A stretch of DNA of 27,508 bases, from positions 1 to 27,508 of the forward strand of contig JAEOSU010000094.1 in NCBI GenBank assembly GCA_016840165.1, read 5' to 3'. The first letter of the stretch is position 1, and each line of letters starts with the position of its first letter. This DNA comes from Promethearchaeota archaeon (GTDB lineage: Archaea > Asgardarchaeota > Lokiarchaeia > Sigyniarchaeales > SOKP01). The translations under genes and the position numbers were made by a program. Shown one piece after another: positions 27,448 through 27,508 of the stretch. The notes beneath the pieces are model-generated. The model was not told the origin of the DNA. It did not search any database and saw only the letters and a list, made by a program, of their open reading frames with translations.

Positions 27448-27508
27448 AAGTTTCAAAATTCTCGACTAAACCTCATCTGGCATACATGAATATAAGCTGA
27501 TTTTCCAA

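Overview
AT-rich window that most likely comes from a Lokiarchaeia-like Asgard archaeon. This is inferred from the SDS22-type LRR protein, GSGT-DP beta-helix protein, LamG/PKD giant surface protein, TATA-type promoters and GGTGA/GGAGG ribosome-binding sites. The left half (1-15.1 kb) holds an LRR protein, a beta-helix membrane protein, and a two-gene surface module: a ~3,760-aa PKD/Ca-repeat/5xLamG membrane protein coupled to a Zn-dependent phospholipase C/S1-P1-family enzyme. A divergent wHTH regulator with four phased AGTTTG-N8-CAAACT operators probably controls that module. The right half (15.5-26.4 kb) is a very AT-rich, all-minus-strand defence-like island. Its core is a tightly coupled operon: wHTH protein -> catalytically dead long Argonaute -> second dead, PAZ-less Argonaute-like protein -> Cas4/AddB-like Fe-S PD-(D/E)XK nuclease. 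The first Argonaute's N-terminus appears to start at a non-canonical ATA/ATT codon, and its PAZ region is Cys-rich. The core is flanked by a metallophosphoesterase, a GGCT-like protein, a HEPN-motif protein, and truncated JAB and RHH gene remnants. The tandem-Argonaute plus Cas4-like nuclease operon is the most interesting candidate for an undescribed system. All assignments come from motif reading by eye; no searches were run.
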